This document shows positions 10,637 to 20,527 of a stretch of DNA of 64,000 bases, in pieces (positions within the stretch are counted from its first letter, which is position 1; the number at the start of each line of letters is the position of its first letter). The notes under the pieces were generated by a model, which saw nothing but the letters and a program-made list of their open reading frames with translations, ran no database searches and was not told where the DNA came from. The translations under genes and the position numbers were made by a program. The stretch lies in assembly GCA_038824665.1 (NCBI GenBank), contig JAWBBK010000006.1, forward strand, positions 1 to 64,000, given 5' to 3'. Source of the DNA: Acidilobaceae archaeon (GTDB lineage Archaea > Thermoproteota > Thermoprotei_A > Sulfolobales > Acidilobaceae).

Positions 10637-11095
10637 TTGACTGAACTAATTGAGTACGTTATCGTAGTTCTTCTATCTATCATAGGAGGAACTCTAGGAG
10701 GAGCACTCACTACAACCGTTTTAAAAGATAAAACCTTATCTCTTCGAGCTATTTTCTTCAAGAAACCGTCTAGCGAAAAGAAGAGGTACATAGTTTTTGA
10801 AATAGCTACTACTGAATCCATCGAAGCTAACGAAGTAGCGAAAGCGATGGAAAGCGCTGCCAAAAAGCTACTAGGTGACCTAGGAGTTACTAAAGCCAGA
10901 TTTAAGCTTATTGAATATGACCCAAGTCTGAGAAGAGGAGTTCTGCGAGTTCGAAAAGAGTACAAATGGCACGCTCTAGCCGTGCTATCTCTAATCAGGG
11001 CTATAGGAGGGAAAAAAGTGTTCGTGATGCCTCTCGCCACCTCAGGCTCTCTTTGGAAAGCTAGAAAAAGAGCTGGACTAGTCAAAAAAATCTAG
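10637..11095 (+). CDS. rnp2: RNase P subunit Pop5/Rpp14 with hydrophobic N-terminal extension
   Basis: KKRYIVFEI, LLGDLG, GVLRV, TSGSL.KAR motifs. Confidence 0.85.
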   Translation: MTELIEYVIVVLLSIIGGTLGGALTTTVLKDKTLSLRAIFFKKPSSEKKRYIVFEIATTESIEANEVAKAMESAAKKLLGDLGVTKARFKLIEYDPSLRRGVLRVRKEYKWHALAVLSLIRAIGGKKVFVMPLATSGSLWKARKRAGLVKKI

Positions 11096-11263
11096 ACTTC
11101 GTTCTCGCTCTAGAATAAGAGCTTAGACCTAAACTCTAGCCTTAATGAGTCGTAGATTAGATACACGATCAATAGAAACGTACTTTCTGAGTTGAAAGAG
11201 ATAATTGAAGCTATGCCTGATATATAACGCATCGCTTGAGATGATAACGAGTTCTTTAAACCC

Positions 11264-12523
11264 TTAGGTCTTCTTAGCTCTAGTCGCTACTATCTTGATC
11301 ACATCTCCATCTTTAAGCTTGTAGTTCTCTCCAACTCTCTGCTTTGTCTTAGCGTTCACAGCGTAAAGGAAAGATTCTCCTAGGTCTGTGTGGATCTTAT
11401 AGGCTAGTTCTCTAGCTGTTGTTCCATCGGGCACTAGAAGCACGTCTGGTAATACTCTTCCTGATCTATCCGTTAGCTTGAGAGGATCCTCTACAGGATA
11501 GACCGTTATCATTTTCAGCTGTCCGAAAACCAAAACATTTATAGCCTCCTGAACTCCTGTAGACCCCCACTTCTTTAAAACGCTTTCTCGAATGGTTTCA
11601 AGCACTCTGAGACTCTTAGCGTCAACTGGTCCCATTACTTCGAAGTCTGGTTCTCCAGGTACGTATTTCACTACCCCTTTGGCTACAGCCTTTCTAAGAA
11701 TGAGCTCTGCTATAGCGCTAGTGGGGATTACAGGAACTTCTTTAAACGTCTCCTTTAACCTCTTTAGGTTCTCCTCGGCTTCTGGGATGTCTGCTTTGTT
11801 AGCTACGATAACTAAAGGCTTCGAGAGCTTCCTCAGCTCTACTACGAATCGTTTCAGGTCTTCAGAACTCCAGCTTGACAACTTCTTGTTCGCTAGTCCC
11901 GAAGCTTCAAGAGCTTCAGCAACATGTCTCTTAGTTACGCTCAGCCCAGAAAGCCTTTGAGCTAAAGAGCCAGCTACATCTATTGCACCAGCAACATCGA
12001 TATGTCTAGCCAGTCTTTCCCAGTCTTTCGATATTATGCCGTAGATCCATTCATCGATCTCTCTGATCATAGCTGAAACCTCCTCAACAGGATCGTAGCG
12101 TCCTGGACCAACAAACCTTCCTTCCTCGTCTGTAGAACCGCTGGCGTCAACCACTAGAAGAAGACCGTCAGCTCTTCTGAGATGGTCTAAAAACATGTTA
12201 CCTAAACCTCTGCCTTTGTGAGCTCCTGGAACCAAGCCGGCTACGTCTACAACTTTAACAGGGATCATTCTCCATCCGTTTAAACAAACGCTGTTCAAAG
12301 CGTTACAAAAGGGGAGACCGAGCTCGATATGAGCACATCTCTTTTTAGCGTAAGCTACTCCAACGTTAGGATCTATAGTTACGAAAGGTCTGTTCTCTAT
12401 AGGTACCTCTATGAGTGTCGCCGCTGAGAAAAACGTGGACTTGCCTACATTAGTTTTACCCACTATCCCTAAGAGCGCACTAGTAGCCTCCAAGAGGTTC
12501 CCCTTCAGCTCTGTTCGCTCCAA
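11264..12523 (-). CDS. ychF: YchF/Ola1-like GTPase/ATPase with TGS domain
   Basis: GKTNVGKSTFF, PFVTIDPN, DVAGLV.GAH.GRGLGN.FL, IHTDLG. Confidence 0.9.
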   Translation of the reverse strand: MERTELKGNLLEATSALLGIVGKTNVGKSTFFSAATLIEVPIENRPFVTIDPNVGVAYAKKRCAHIELGLPFCNALNSVCLNGWRMIPVKVVDVAGLVPGAHKGRGLGNMFLDHLRRADGLLLVVDASGSTDEEGRFVGPGRYDPVEEVSAMIREIDEWIYGIISKDWERLARHIDVAGAIDVAGSLAQRLSGLSVTKRHVAEALEASGLANKKLSSWSSEDLKRFVVELRKLSKPLVIVANKADIPEAEENLKRLKETFKEVPVIPTSAIAELILRKAVAKGVVKYVPGEPDFEVMGPVDAKSLRVLETIRESVLKKWGSTGVQEAINVLVFGQLKMITVYPVEDPLKLTDRSGRVLPDVLLVPDGTTARELAYKIHTDLGESFLYAVNAKTKQRVGENYKLKDGDVIKIVATRAKKT

Positions 12524-12584
12524 TGACTTCTCTTTTCATGGAGTATTTATGTGTTGATATATCGATCTGAGATATCAGCTTGTT

Positions 12585-13259
12585 TTAAAATTTATAGAAG
12601 CGAGAAACATTGATAAAAGCTCTCTCAACTACTCTAGCTCCTGCTGAAGAAATCCAAGTTCTGGCTATAGCCTCAGGAACCCCTAAAGCAACTAACAACC
12701 CTACTATGTGATATGGGCTCCACATCTCCCACACATCTCTGCTATCGCTCGAAACGATCACCTCTAATCCAGATCTGAGAGCTCTCGTTATAGCTACATA
12801 AAGATAATCAAGCTTGTTTTCAACTAATACAGGTCTAAGTACGAGCTCTACAGCTCCCCAGCCTCGTTGAGCAAAAAGACGAACTTGAGATCTGTCTATA
12901 AACCTCTCAGCTCCTGGCTCTACTCTCGTCAGAACAACCTCCTTACATGTGGCTGAGTATCTTAAGGCATCGAGATCTTTCGCGCTCACAGCTAAAAGGA
13001 AGAAGTCTTTTTTCAAAGACTTCTTCACCTGGTCTATCTTGACTCTTACCTCTTTTCTAGTTCTTCCCTCTACTGTGACTCTTAAACAGAGTCTCAACCC
13101 AAGGTCTTCGCTCAGCTTGGACACTATTCCGTAGTCTATGGAGTCACTTGCCTCTAAACAGACAAGCTTATAGCCTAAAGATCTAGCTAGTCTAAGCATC
13201 TCAACAGCTGTCTCGGTATCTTTAGGTTTTAAACTGAGGTCTGCGAAGCTTTTTATCGT
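12585..13259 (-). CDS. rnp3: RNase P subunit Rpp30 (start extended to ACG 13259 or ATA 13256)
   Basis: ARSLGY, VIVSSD motifs; the in-frame upstream segment IKSFADLSLKP matches the Rpp30 N-terminal F.DL motif; superoperon context. Confidence 0.75.
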   Translation of the reverse strand, partial: TIKSFADLSLKPKDTETAVEMLRLARSLGYKLVCLEASDSIDYGIVSKLSEDLGLRLCLRVTVEGRTRKEVRVKIDQVKKSLKKDFFLLAVSAKDLDALRYSATCKEVVLTRVEPGAERFIDRSQVRLFAQRGWGAVELVLRPVLVENKLDYLYVAITRALRSGLEVIVSSDSRDVWEMWSPYHIVGLLVALGVPEAIARTWISSAGARVVERAFINVSRFYKF

Positions 13260-13687
13260 GAGAGCACCTCTTCGAGGAACTTAACTATCTCTCTCCTCTT
13301 ACCTGCTATATGAAAAGAGACCTTGATCACATCATCGCCTTCGCTTAGCTCAAGTGAGCCTTTATAAGAACTTTGCTTGTCGATCCTGATGAAAAACGAA
13401 CCGTTTTCATCTACGCGCTCGTCTAAGGTGGCTAAAAGTAGCCGTCTATCATGCTCTTTAAGTGAAGTTAGTATGTAAAGAAGAACTTCTGTAGAGAGCT
13501 GAGGATCTCTTATCTCTATCGAAAGAACTTCTATTCTGTTTCCATAATGTCCTTCGTAAACTTCGCTTTTGACCTCTGTTGAGTTCCGAAGAGATGGAGG
13601 TAGAACGTTTTTGAGAGCTTCTAGTACTTTTTCTCTGTCCTCGGTAGCGTGAACATGAGTTCTGAGCACGACTGAGGTGATAAACAT
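13253..13687 (-). CDS. DUF54 / exosome-superoperon RNA-binding protein
   Basis: HATED.EKV, EGHYGN.I, FIRIDKQ, DVIKV. Confidence 0.85.
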   Translation of the reverse strand: MFITSVVLRTHVHATEDREKVLEALKNVLPPSLRNSTEVKSEVYEGHYGNRIEVLSIEIRDPQLSTEVLLYILTSLKEHDRRLLLATLDERVDENGSFFIRIDKQSSYKGSLELSEGDDVIKVSFHIAGKRREIVKFLEEVLSR

Positions 13688-13720
13688 AGTCTAAAGCTCC
13701 CTATCTTTGCGGTCTCAACG

Positions 13721-14383
13721 CTACTTTTCGCTTGGCTTTATGAGTCTAGCTCCCCTACTTGCTTCGTGTCTCTTTCTGAGTTCTCTCTCTTTAGCTTTCT
13801 TCTTCCATTTATACTTATGAGTTCCTTTGAGTCCTCTCGACTTTAAAAGTCCTCTCATCTTCCTACCGGCACTAGTCAGACCTCTGAAAGGTCTGCCTTT
13901 ATGTTTGCCTGAACAAACCCAGTTGAGCTCAGGATCGCTTTTAATAGCTGGACAGTGAGGATCTACCAGTATTACCTCATACCACTTGTATCTACCGTCC
14001 TCGCCAACGTAGTAGCTGTTGAGAACCACTAGGTTCCTGTACTTTGCTTGAGCTCTTTCTTCAGCTATTAGTCTTAAGCTTTTAGCTGGAGCAAATCCGT
14101 AGACGCCCAGCCTCTTAGGCCTTCTGCCTTTGTTGGGTCTAGCTTTTCTTCTGCCCCCCTTTCTAACTCGTACTCTGACGACTATCACGCCCTGTTTGTC
14201 TTTGTAGCCTAGCTCTCGAGCTCTACCAAGTCTTGTAGGCTTGTCTACTCTGACTACTACTGGCTCTTTCCTCCACTCTATAAGCCTTAATCTCATTATC
14301 TGTGCGTGCTCTCCCTCATAGGGCTTCTTCCACCACTCCTCCATATATTGGTACGCTGATTTGGCCATATCCTTACACCACAC
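13721..14383 (-). CDS. rpl15e: 50S ribosomal protein L15e
   Basis: [46 protein letters not shown]. Confidence 0.97.
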   Translation of the reverse strand: MWCKDMAKSAYQYMEEWWKKPYEGEHAQIMRLRLIEWRKEPVVVRVDKPTRLGRARELGYKDKQGVIVVRVRVRKGGRRKARPNKGRRPKRLGVYGFAPAKSLRLIAEERAQAKYRNLVVLNSYYVGEDGRYKWYEVILVDPHCPAIKSDPELNWVCSGKHKGRPFRGLTSAGRKMRGLLKSRGLKGTHKYKWKKKAKERELRKRHEASRGARLIKPSEK

Positions 14384-14419
14384 CTTAGAGCAGTCCTACT
14401 CACACTCTAGAATCTGACC

Positions 14420-15955
14420 TTAAATAGCGACTAAAACTCTTTGGGGGTCTCTGCTCATCAAAACGTCTAGGTAACCGTATAGCTCTCTTCGTAAAGCTTC
14501 GGGGTCTGTATAGTTATCTTCAATCAGTTTAGACCACGGAGGCTCTTCTGCGGGGTCCCAGTCTTCTAACGCTCTCGCAGACCGCTCTCTAAGAGATGTC
14601 AAAAGGTTTCTGTAACCGCCGCCTCGCAAAGCAACGTCTAGAAGGACCTCGGATGCAGATACGTCAGCTCTTCCAAGAGCTATTTGAAGTTCTGCATAGT
14701 CTAGAGGATAGACTTCTATTTCGAACCCCTGCTTCCTGAGTGATTTAGCAAGCGTCACAGCTTTCTCAGCTCTTCTCTTTTTGAAGCCAAACCATTGAAG
14801 TGGGGTTGAAGGTTTAGGTATGAAAGGATTCAGAGACACTCTGACCCTAGCGTTTAAAGGTTGGAGGACTTTCCTTATTTCAAGCATCATGTCTAGAGTC
14901 TCTTTTAAGTCTTCGGCGCTCTCTCCAGGAAACCCTGCCATTAGATAAACCTTGACCTGTCTGATACCAGCTGAAGCCAGAATCTCTGAGGCTCTGATAG
15001 CTCCCATCTTTCCTGTAAGCTTCATGATAGCCCGAGCTATAGTAAAGCTCCCCGTCTCTGGAGCTATGGAGACAGTCTTCTGACCCCCTTCAACTAAGAG
15101 TTCTGCTCTCTTTTCTGTCAACGTCTCTGCTCTCAAGCTCGGAAGAGAGACCTCAAGACCTAGAGATACGGCATGTTCTAACAGAGTCTCTCCCCAAGGG
15201 CTATCGAAGAAAGACAAACTATACATAGAGACCTTGTTGACTTTATTATAAGAAGTTCCTAGCTCTAGGAGTTCTTTAAGCTTTTGGAGACTTCTGTCTC
15301 TTCTAGGCTTAAAAATACAACCCTCCATACAGAACCGACATCTTCTAAGACAACCTCTGCTAACCTCTAGAATGAAAGCTCTGCCCCATATAGGTTCAAC
15401 GTCTTCTGAGACCTCCTGAACTATGGGGTACCATGACTTATCGAGGTCTTTTACGTAAACTCTCTTGACTTTATGCGAAGTGTAATCTGGAACGAGTACT
15501 CCTTCTATCTCAGATAGAGTTCTAAGACGAGAGTGTCGAGAAGGCTTAGATAAAGCGTTGACCAAATCTTCAGCTATCTCTTCAAACTCTCCTATTACAA
15601 TTGCATCGGCTATCTCCCATATGGGAAGAGGGTTGCCTATAACAGCTGGACCTCCTACTATCACTATCGGGTCTTCCTCAGACCTCACTCTTCTAGCAAC
15701 AGGGACCCTCATTTCATGAAGCATTTTGACTAAGTCTAGATACAGAAGTTCAAAGGGAAGGCTGGCTAATAAGGCTGTGTTTGATTTGGGACTCTCTCTA
15801 TATCTAACTTTTTGTTTTACCTCACCACTCTCGAAAAAATACCTGCGTACCCCCACCTTGAGGTCTTCAAGAAGTCCTCCAATTAAGTGATATGCAAGAC
15901 TTGATAGCGCTACTCGCTCTTCGCTTGGATAAACGAGGCCTATCGTGACCAGCAG
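14420..15955 (-). CDS. Radical SAM protein with B12-binding-like N-domain (start extended to CTG 15955)
   Basis: EVSRGCLRRCRFC (CxxxCxxC), SLPSLR, IAPETGS, NPFIPKP.TP; upstream in-frame IGLVYPS...ALSSLAY N-terminal motif. Confidence 0.8.
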   Translation of the reverse strand: MLVTIGLVYPSEERVALSSLAYHLIGGLLEDLKVGVRRYFFESGEVKQKVRYRESPKSNTALLASLPFELLYLDLVKMLHEMRVPVARRVRSEEDPIVIVGGPAVIGNPLPIWEIADAIVIGEFEEIAEDLVNALSKPSRHSRLRTLSEIEGVLVPDYTSHKVKRVYVKDLDKSWYPIVQEVSEDVEPIWGRAFILEVSRGCLRRCRFCMEGCIFKPRRDRSLQKLKELLELGTSYNKVNKVSMYSLSFFDSPWGETLLEHAVSLGLEVSLPSLRAETLTEKRAELLVEGGQKTVSIAPETGSFTIARAIMKLTGKMGAIRASEILASAGIRQVKVYLMAGFPGESAEDLKETLDMMLEIRKVLQPLNARVRVSLNPFIPKPSTPLQWFGFKKRRAEKAVTLAKSLRKQGFEIEVYPLDYAELQIALGRADVSASEVLLDVALRGGGYRNLLTSLRERSARALEDWDPAEEPPWSKLIEDNYTDPEALRRELYGYLDVLMSRDPQRVLVAI

Positions 15956-17178
15956 TTGAACACCTCGCCGCTATCCACATCTCTAAAGACGACACAGCCT
16001 GGATATACGACTGCATATGACCCTATCTTGACTCCTGGCATTATAGAGACGTTTATCCCTATTTTAGCGTAGCCTCCAATCACTGAACCAAGCTTCTTGA
16101 GTCCCGTTTTTACTCTTACTCCCTTAACGGTCATCTCTACCGTCTGTTCGTTGAATCTCAAGTTGGCTATCTTAGACCCAGCTCCTAAGTTTACGTGCTC
16201 TCCGATTACGCTGTCGCCAACGTAATTCATGTGAGGTAATCTAGCTCTTTCGAGCAATACTGAAGACTTGACCTGAGAGAAGGGACCTACAAAGGATTCT
16301 TCACAAACAACTGTATTTCCTCTTACATGGGCTAGAGGACCTATAACTGCTCCTCGGCCTATGTAGGCTGGTCCTTCAACAACAGTATAGGGTTTAATAG
16401 AACTGTTTGACTCTACCACTATAGGTCCTGAGAGTTCAGCTCTTTCGCTTACGTCTCCTTTAATCACCTGTCCCTTTATCTCAGAGAGAGCTATGATATT
16501 GGCCTTGAGAAAGTCCCATGGTCTTCCTATGTCTATCCAAGAACCTTTGGGTATCGGAAACGTCTTGACCTCATACTGTTTAGAAAGGTCATTTAGTGCG
16601 TCCGTAGCCTCAAACTCTCCTCTAGGAGACGGCTTGAGGTTCTTGAAGAAGCTTAGATGCTCATAGCTTATTTTTAGAATTCCTGCGAAAACTAAAGATG
16701 GGCCGGTGATGTTTTGAGGTTTTTCAGTAATGCTTTTAAGAAAACCTTCAGAATCTATCTCAACCACTCCGTAGTTTCCAGCTTCTTCCACTTCAGTTAC
16801 AAAAACGCTTGGTGTAGTCGCTCTGGCTATAAGCTCGTAGACCTCAGACTTAATAAAAACATCACCATATATCACTGTATAGTCGCCTGGACCACCTGTC
16901 TCTATAGCTTTAGCTATGGCATCTCCTGTTCCTAACTCTCCTTTCTGATATACCAGCTCAACATCAACACCACATTTCTCAAGTTCCTTAATTACTAGGT
17001 CTGCTCCATAAGAGATTACGACAGCTATCTTATCATAACTACCTGTGGATGAAGCCTTCTTAATGTGTTTACATAACAACGACTCTCCAGCTACAGGAAG
17101 TACAACTTTAGGTCTGGTATCGGTTAAAGGTTTCAGTCTCTCTCCTTTGCCAGCAGCTAGCAAAACCAAATGCTTCAC
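15940..17178 (-). CDS. glmU: Bifunctional sugar-1-phosphate nucleotidylyltransferase/acetyltransferase (GlmU-like)
   Basis: LAAGKGERLKPLT.TRPK, SPRGEFE.TD, hexapeptide repeats, H.NYVGDS. Confidence 0.88.
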   Translation of the reverse strand: MKHLVLLAAGKGERLKPLTDTRPKVVLPVAGESLLCKHIKKASSTGSYDKIAVVISYGADLVIKELEKCGVDVELVYQKGELGTGDAIAKAIETGGPGDYTVIYGDVFIKSEVYELIARATTPSVFVTEVEEAGNYGVVEIDSEGFLKSITEKPQNITGPSLVFAGILKISYEHLSFFKNLKPSPRGEFEATDALNDLSKQYEVKTFPIPKGSWIDIGRPWDFLKANIIALSEIKGQVIKGDVSERAELSGPIVVESNSSIKPYTVVEGPAYIGRGAVIGPLAHVRGNTVVCEESFVGPFSQVKSSVLLERARLPHMNYVGDSVIGEHVNLGAGSKIANLRFNEQTVEMTVKGVRVKTGLKKLGSVIGGYAKIGINVSIMPGVKIGSYAVVYPGCVVFRDVDSGEVFNCWSR

Positions 17179-17647
17179 TCTTCTTCCCCACTGTTTGACA
17201 TCCGCTCAACCAAGATATAGAGTGTTTAACTTAAGAAGAAAAGAAGCTAAATAGAAAAGGTGTATAAATATAAAGGTCGGCTTCTCAGTAGCCGATAGCT
17301 CACAGATCTTCACGTTTTAGAAGTCTAGCCTCTTAGCCATCTGTTTCTTGGCGATCTTCATGAACTCCTCATTATAGAAGCTTCTGACAACCGCCGGCTA
17401 CTCAGCTTTCTGTGAAGTCTCGGAAAGTCAGAAAACAAATCAGCTATAGGAGGCTCTGAAGGTTAAAGGTCTTGAGCAGAACTTGGTGAGATGTGTCAAG
17501 ATAGAAGAGTGTGAACGACTACAAAACACATAAGCAAACTGAATGTGTATCGAAAAGAGAAAACAGCTTCAAGGTCTAATGTTAGCTACTAATTAAAATG
17601 TGAAGTCCTTGATGTCTAGATCCTCAAAAAAGCCAAAAACTACCTAG

Positions 17648-18301
17648 CTACCTAGCTTCTTTTTTGAGTTGAACAGGAGACACGACAACGGCTCTAATGG
17701 GACCCTCAGGTCCGGGTACCCAGAGCAGTTTAGATTTGATTACCTCTACTTTTCTTAGAGGATATATCTTTCTTGCCTGAGCTTCTATTAGCTGAGCTAG
17801 GCTGTTTTCTTTATCACTGAATATCATCGCATTTATCAGCTCGTCTAACGCGTGCTCTTTGGCATAGCTTTCAACGACTTCTTTCATCCTCTTCCTTATC
17901 TCCCTCTTCTGACTGGTATTGCACCTGTATCGCGTCCACACAACACATGTAAGTCTTAAACCATAGCCATCTTTTGTCCAGACGTCAAATATTCCTACGA
18001 CCTTTGAGGTCTTTCTTTTAGTAAGGCTTCTTACATAATCTCTTAGATGCTCGTGTCCTTTAAATCGGGTGTAAGCAGTGGTGCCGTCTACTTTGACGAT
18101 CTGAAACTTGAGCTTTATGTGAACATAAGTTATGTCGCCTGTGAGATCAAAGAGTGTCACCTCCATAGTCCTACCTATTAGCTTGTCTGGGTCGTCAGCT
18201 GGAGTAGTACCTAAAACAGTCTCTCCGAAGAGAGAAGGAGCTAACACAGTATACCACTTCTTAAGCTTCCACTTATCTCTTACTGAGACCCTTTTAGACA
18301 A
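17648..18301 (-). CDS. rps3ae: 30S ribosomal protein S3Ae (eS1)
   Basis: DKWK.KKWY.VLAP, GRTMEVTL.DLTGD, TKDGY, IYPLR. Confidence 0.96.
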   Translation of the reverse strand: MSKRVSVRDKWKLKKWYTVLAPSLFGETVLGTTPADDPDKLIGRTMEVTLFDLTGDITYVHIKLKFQIVKVDGTTAYTRFKGHEHLRDYVRSLTKRKTSKVVGIFDVWTKDGYGLRLTCVVWTRYRCNTSQKREIRKRMKEVVESYAKEHALDELINAMIFSDKENSLAQLIEAQARKIYPLRKVEVIKSKLLWVPGPEGPIRAVVVSPVQLKKEAR

Positions 18302-18338
18302 CCCTCTACCCCTAAGCCCCCTCGGATTCAGGACTTAA

Positions 18339-18623
18339 TTAAGCTTTATTGCTTGAATCCTCTAAATACTTCAGCGCTTCTGTTGCACTCTTTAAAGACA
18401 TGAGCATATCGTCTAAAGTGTTTCTTAAGCTTAACATCCTCTGGGGCTCACAGTCTTCGATCTCGACACTACAAATAAGCTTAGCCTCTCTGGCTTCACA
18501 CTTAACTTTAAGCCAGGAGGGAGCTGAAACGTTATCAGGTTCAAGAGCTTTCTCAAGAGCTAATGCGTAAGCGCTCTCTACCTCTAGATGTGCTTCACAT
18601 CGAGGGCTCTCTTCTCTATCCAA
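18339..18623 (-). CDS. pcc1: KEOPS subunit Pcc1
   Basis: ALEPDN and SLRNTLDD motifs; canonical position upstream of rps3ae. Confidence 0.8.
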   Translation of the reverse strand: MDREESPRCEAHLEVESAYALALEKALEPDNVSAPSWLKVKCEAREAKLICSVEIEDCEPQRMLSLRNTLDDMLMSLKSATEALKYLEDSSNKA

Positions 18624-19900
18624 ACCTTCTCACCGTCGAATTTAATTAAATTGGCTCTGTTGAGTTCATTCAAAGCCCCATAGCCCAAAGCTTCCTCTAT
18701 CTGGATTGGTGAAGCTAGAAACTCGTCACCTTCTTCGACTACAAGGATCGAATCGCTCTCTATAAAGCCATGGACTTTCAAAGCTCTCCAGAGGAGCGTC
18801 AAGGGTGCTCCAGGTTTAGCGCCTACAGAATAGACCTTGAAGCGTTGGGTGCTTCCGACCTTAGTTATCGAGCCTTCTGCAACTATGTTGGAAAGCACTT
18901 TAGCGCTAGATTCCAGTTGTGACTCAGCTAGAGGGATCTCTATCGAAAAGTCTAGCAGAGTAGCCACGACTCTCGCTAAGCTTCTTTCAGAGTCAGACGC
19001 GTAGATCAGAGCATCACAGGCCTCTCGATAGTCTTGAATAGGAGCCTCTCTGCTCTTAGAGACCAACATGCCCGCTACCATGTCTTTAGCTGATATCTTT
19101 GATCTGAAGTTAAGATGCATAAAATTTATGACTTGTTTCGCCAAGTACTCTATCTCCTTAGCATCTGTAATGCTAGAAAGAGGTTTACCTGCAACGCTTC
19201 TGTATTTTTCGATACCTAGAACCTCTTGACAACGCCAGGGATCACCAGCTAATCCCAGATAAAGAGGATAGGCAGTCGTGGATATGGCTTCACAAAACTC
19301 TAGCACGTGAGGCTTGTATACCTTGATAGTGGTAACTATATCGAGCCCGGGCAGACTAGAGGAGAGCTTCTCGACGAGAACTCTGTCAAGACCTGACAGC
19401 TTGCCTACAGAGTCTACATAATTGCCAGCATGTATGCCTAAGAGAGTCATCGACGCTAAATCGATGCCTATGTTGTTCGTTCCTCCAGTGACTACTAGCG
19501 TCGCTATAGCTACGTTGCTCCCCTGTCCTCCAACGAAAGTAGTTCCGTGAACGGGAATTGACTCTACAGAGCCAGACGCTATAGCGAGCATAGGACTAGT
19601 TACGTTAGATGGATGGTAGTCCACTCTGTTGTACCCCAAAAGGACCGTAGGCTCATCAATTATAGGAGGAGGGTTGAGAGAGACCTTGATAGATACTTCA
19701 GCACCAACTCGAAGAACTCTAGACGCTACTATGACTCCAGCTACGATAGGGTCTAAGTTTGGATACACCCTAATGACTAGTCTATCTCTCGAAGACGAAG
19801 CCTCGAGAATCTGATAAAACGCTCTATACGCTGCCTCAAGAGCTCTCTCAAGATCTCTAGCTGTTGGCAATAAAGCAAGTTTCAGCAAGAGGCGTCCCAA
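18584..19900 (-). CDS. Degenerate RecJ/Cdc45-like protein (DHH motifs lost)
   Basis: Occupies the DHH-gene slot of the conserved rps15-recJ-pcc1-rps3ae operon; YPNLDPIVAG at the motif I position; P.YLGLAGD remnant. Confidence 0.6.
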   Translation of the reverse strand: MGRLLLKLALLPTARDLERALEAAYRAFYQILEASSSRDRLVIRVYPNLDPIVAGVIVASRVLRVGAEVSIKVSLNPPPIIDEPTVLLGYNRVDYHPSNVTSPMLAIASGSVESIPVHGTTFVGGQGSNVAIATLVVTGGTNNIGIDLASMTLLGIHAGNYVDSVGKLSGLDRVLVEKLSSSLPGLDIVTTIKVYKPHVLEFCEAISTTAYPLYLGLAGDPWRCQEVLGIEKYRSVAGKPLSSITDAKEIEYLAKQVINFMHLNFRSKISAKDMVAGMLVSKSREAPIQDYREACDALIYASDSERSLARVVATLLDFSIEIPLAESQLESSAKVLSNIVAEGSITKVGSTQRFKVYSVGAKPGAPLTLLWRALKVHGFIESDSILVVEEGDEFLASPIQIEEALGYGALNELNRANLIKFDGEKVWIEKRALDVKHI

Positions 19901-19978
19901 CTACTCTAGAGATCCAGGAGACTAAAAACGTCCCGACCCTCAAGATAGCGTAGAGGTTTTGAAAAGTAACATTATAGA

Positions 19979-20440
19979 TTAAAGACCTGCGCCAGCGACT
20001 AGGAGTTCTGCTTTCTGTGGGTCATAGCTCCAATCTGCTGGAAGCTTTCCCACTCGCTTGTAATATTTCACCAGCCTGTGTATCTTAGACTCTATATCGA
20101 TGAGCCCTCTCTTGGCGTGAGTGTCCTTAGGATGTTCTTGTAGATGTCTTCTTAAATTAACTGCTTTCTTTATGAGATAAAATAGGTCTTCGGGAACCTT
20201 AGGAGCTAAACCCTTCTCTTCTAAGATTTCAGTTATGGACTTGCCCAGTATGGGCTTTACCAAGGGAACGCCGAACTGATCTCTCAATATCAATCCTATC
20301 ATGCTAGGACCATATCCTTTTTTAGCCAGCTCTTCTATGACCAGCTCTATCTCTTCAGGAGTATAAGTCAGCCACGTCGGCGGCGTAGGTCTTGCTGGTC
20401 TCATAGAGCCAGAGCTTCCCTTCTTCTTTCGTTTATTCAT
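19979..20440 (-). CDS. rps15: 30S ribosomal protein S15 (uS15)
   Basis: [34 protein letters not shown]. Confidence 0.97.
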   Translation of the reverse strand: MNKRKKKGSSGSMRPARPTPPTWLTYTPEEIELVIEELAKKGYGPSMIGLILRDQFGVPLVKPILGKSITEILEEKGLAPKVPEDLFYLIKKAVNLRRHLQEHPKDTHAKRGLIDIESKIHRLVKYYKRVGKLPADWSYDPQKAELLVAGAGL

Positions 20441-20527
20441 CTTCTGTCTCCCTAGCTTCGCTCTAAGAGTTAGCTTATAAACATTATTTTAGCCTAGCTC
20501 CCTTCAAAAAGCCAAAGGGCTAGAAGC

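Noticed and set aside
17255-17647. Long intergenic region with a short reading-frame fragment (RSFYNEEFMKIAKKQMAKRLDF, minus strand) and a small hairpin
   Set aside because: Interrupted by stops, no recognisable family and no complete C/D box set
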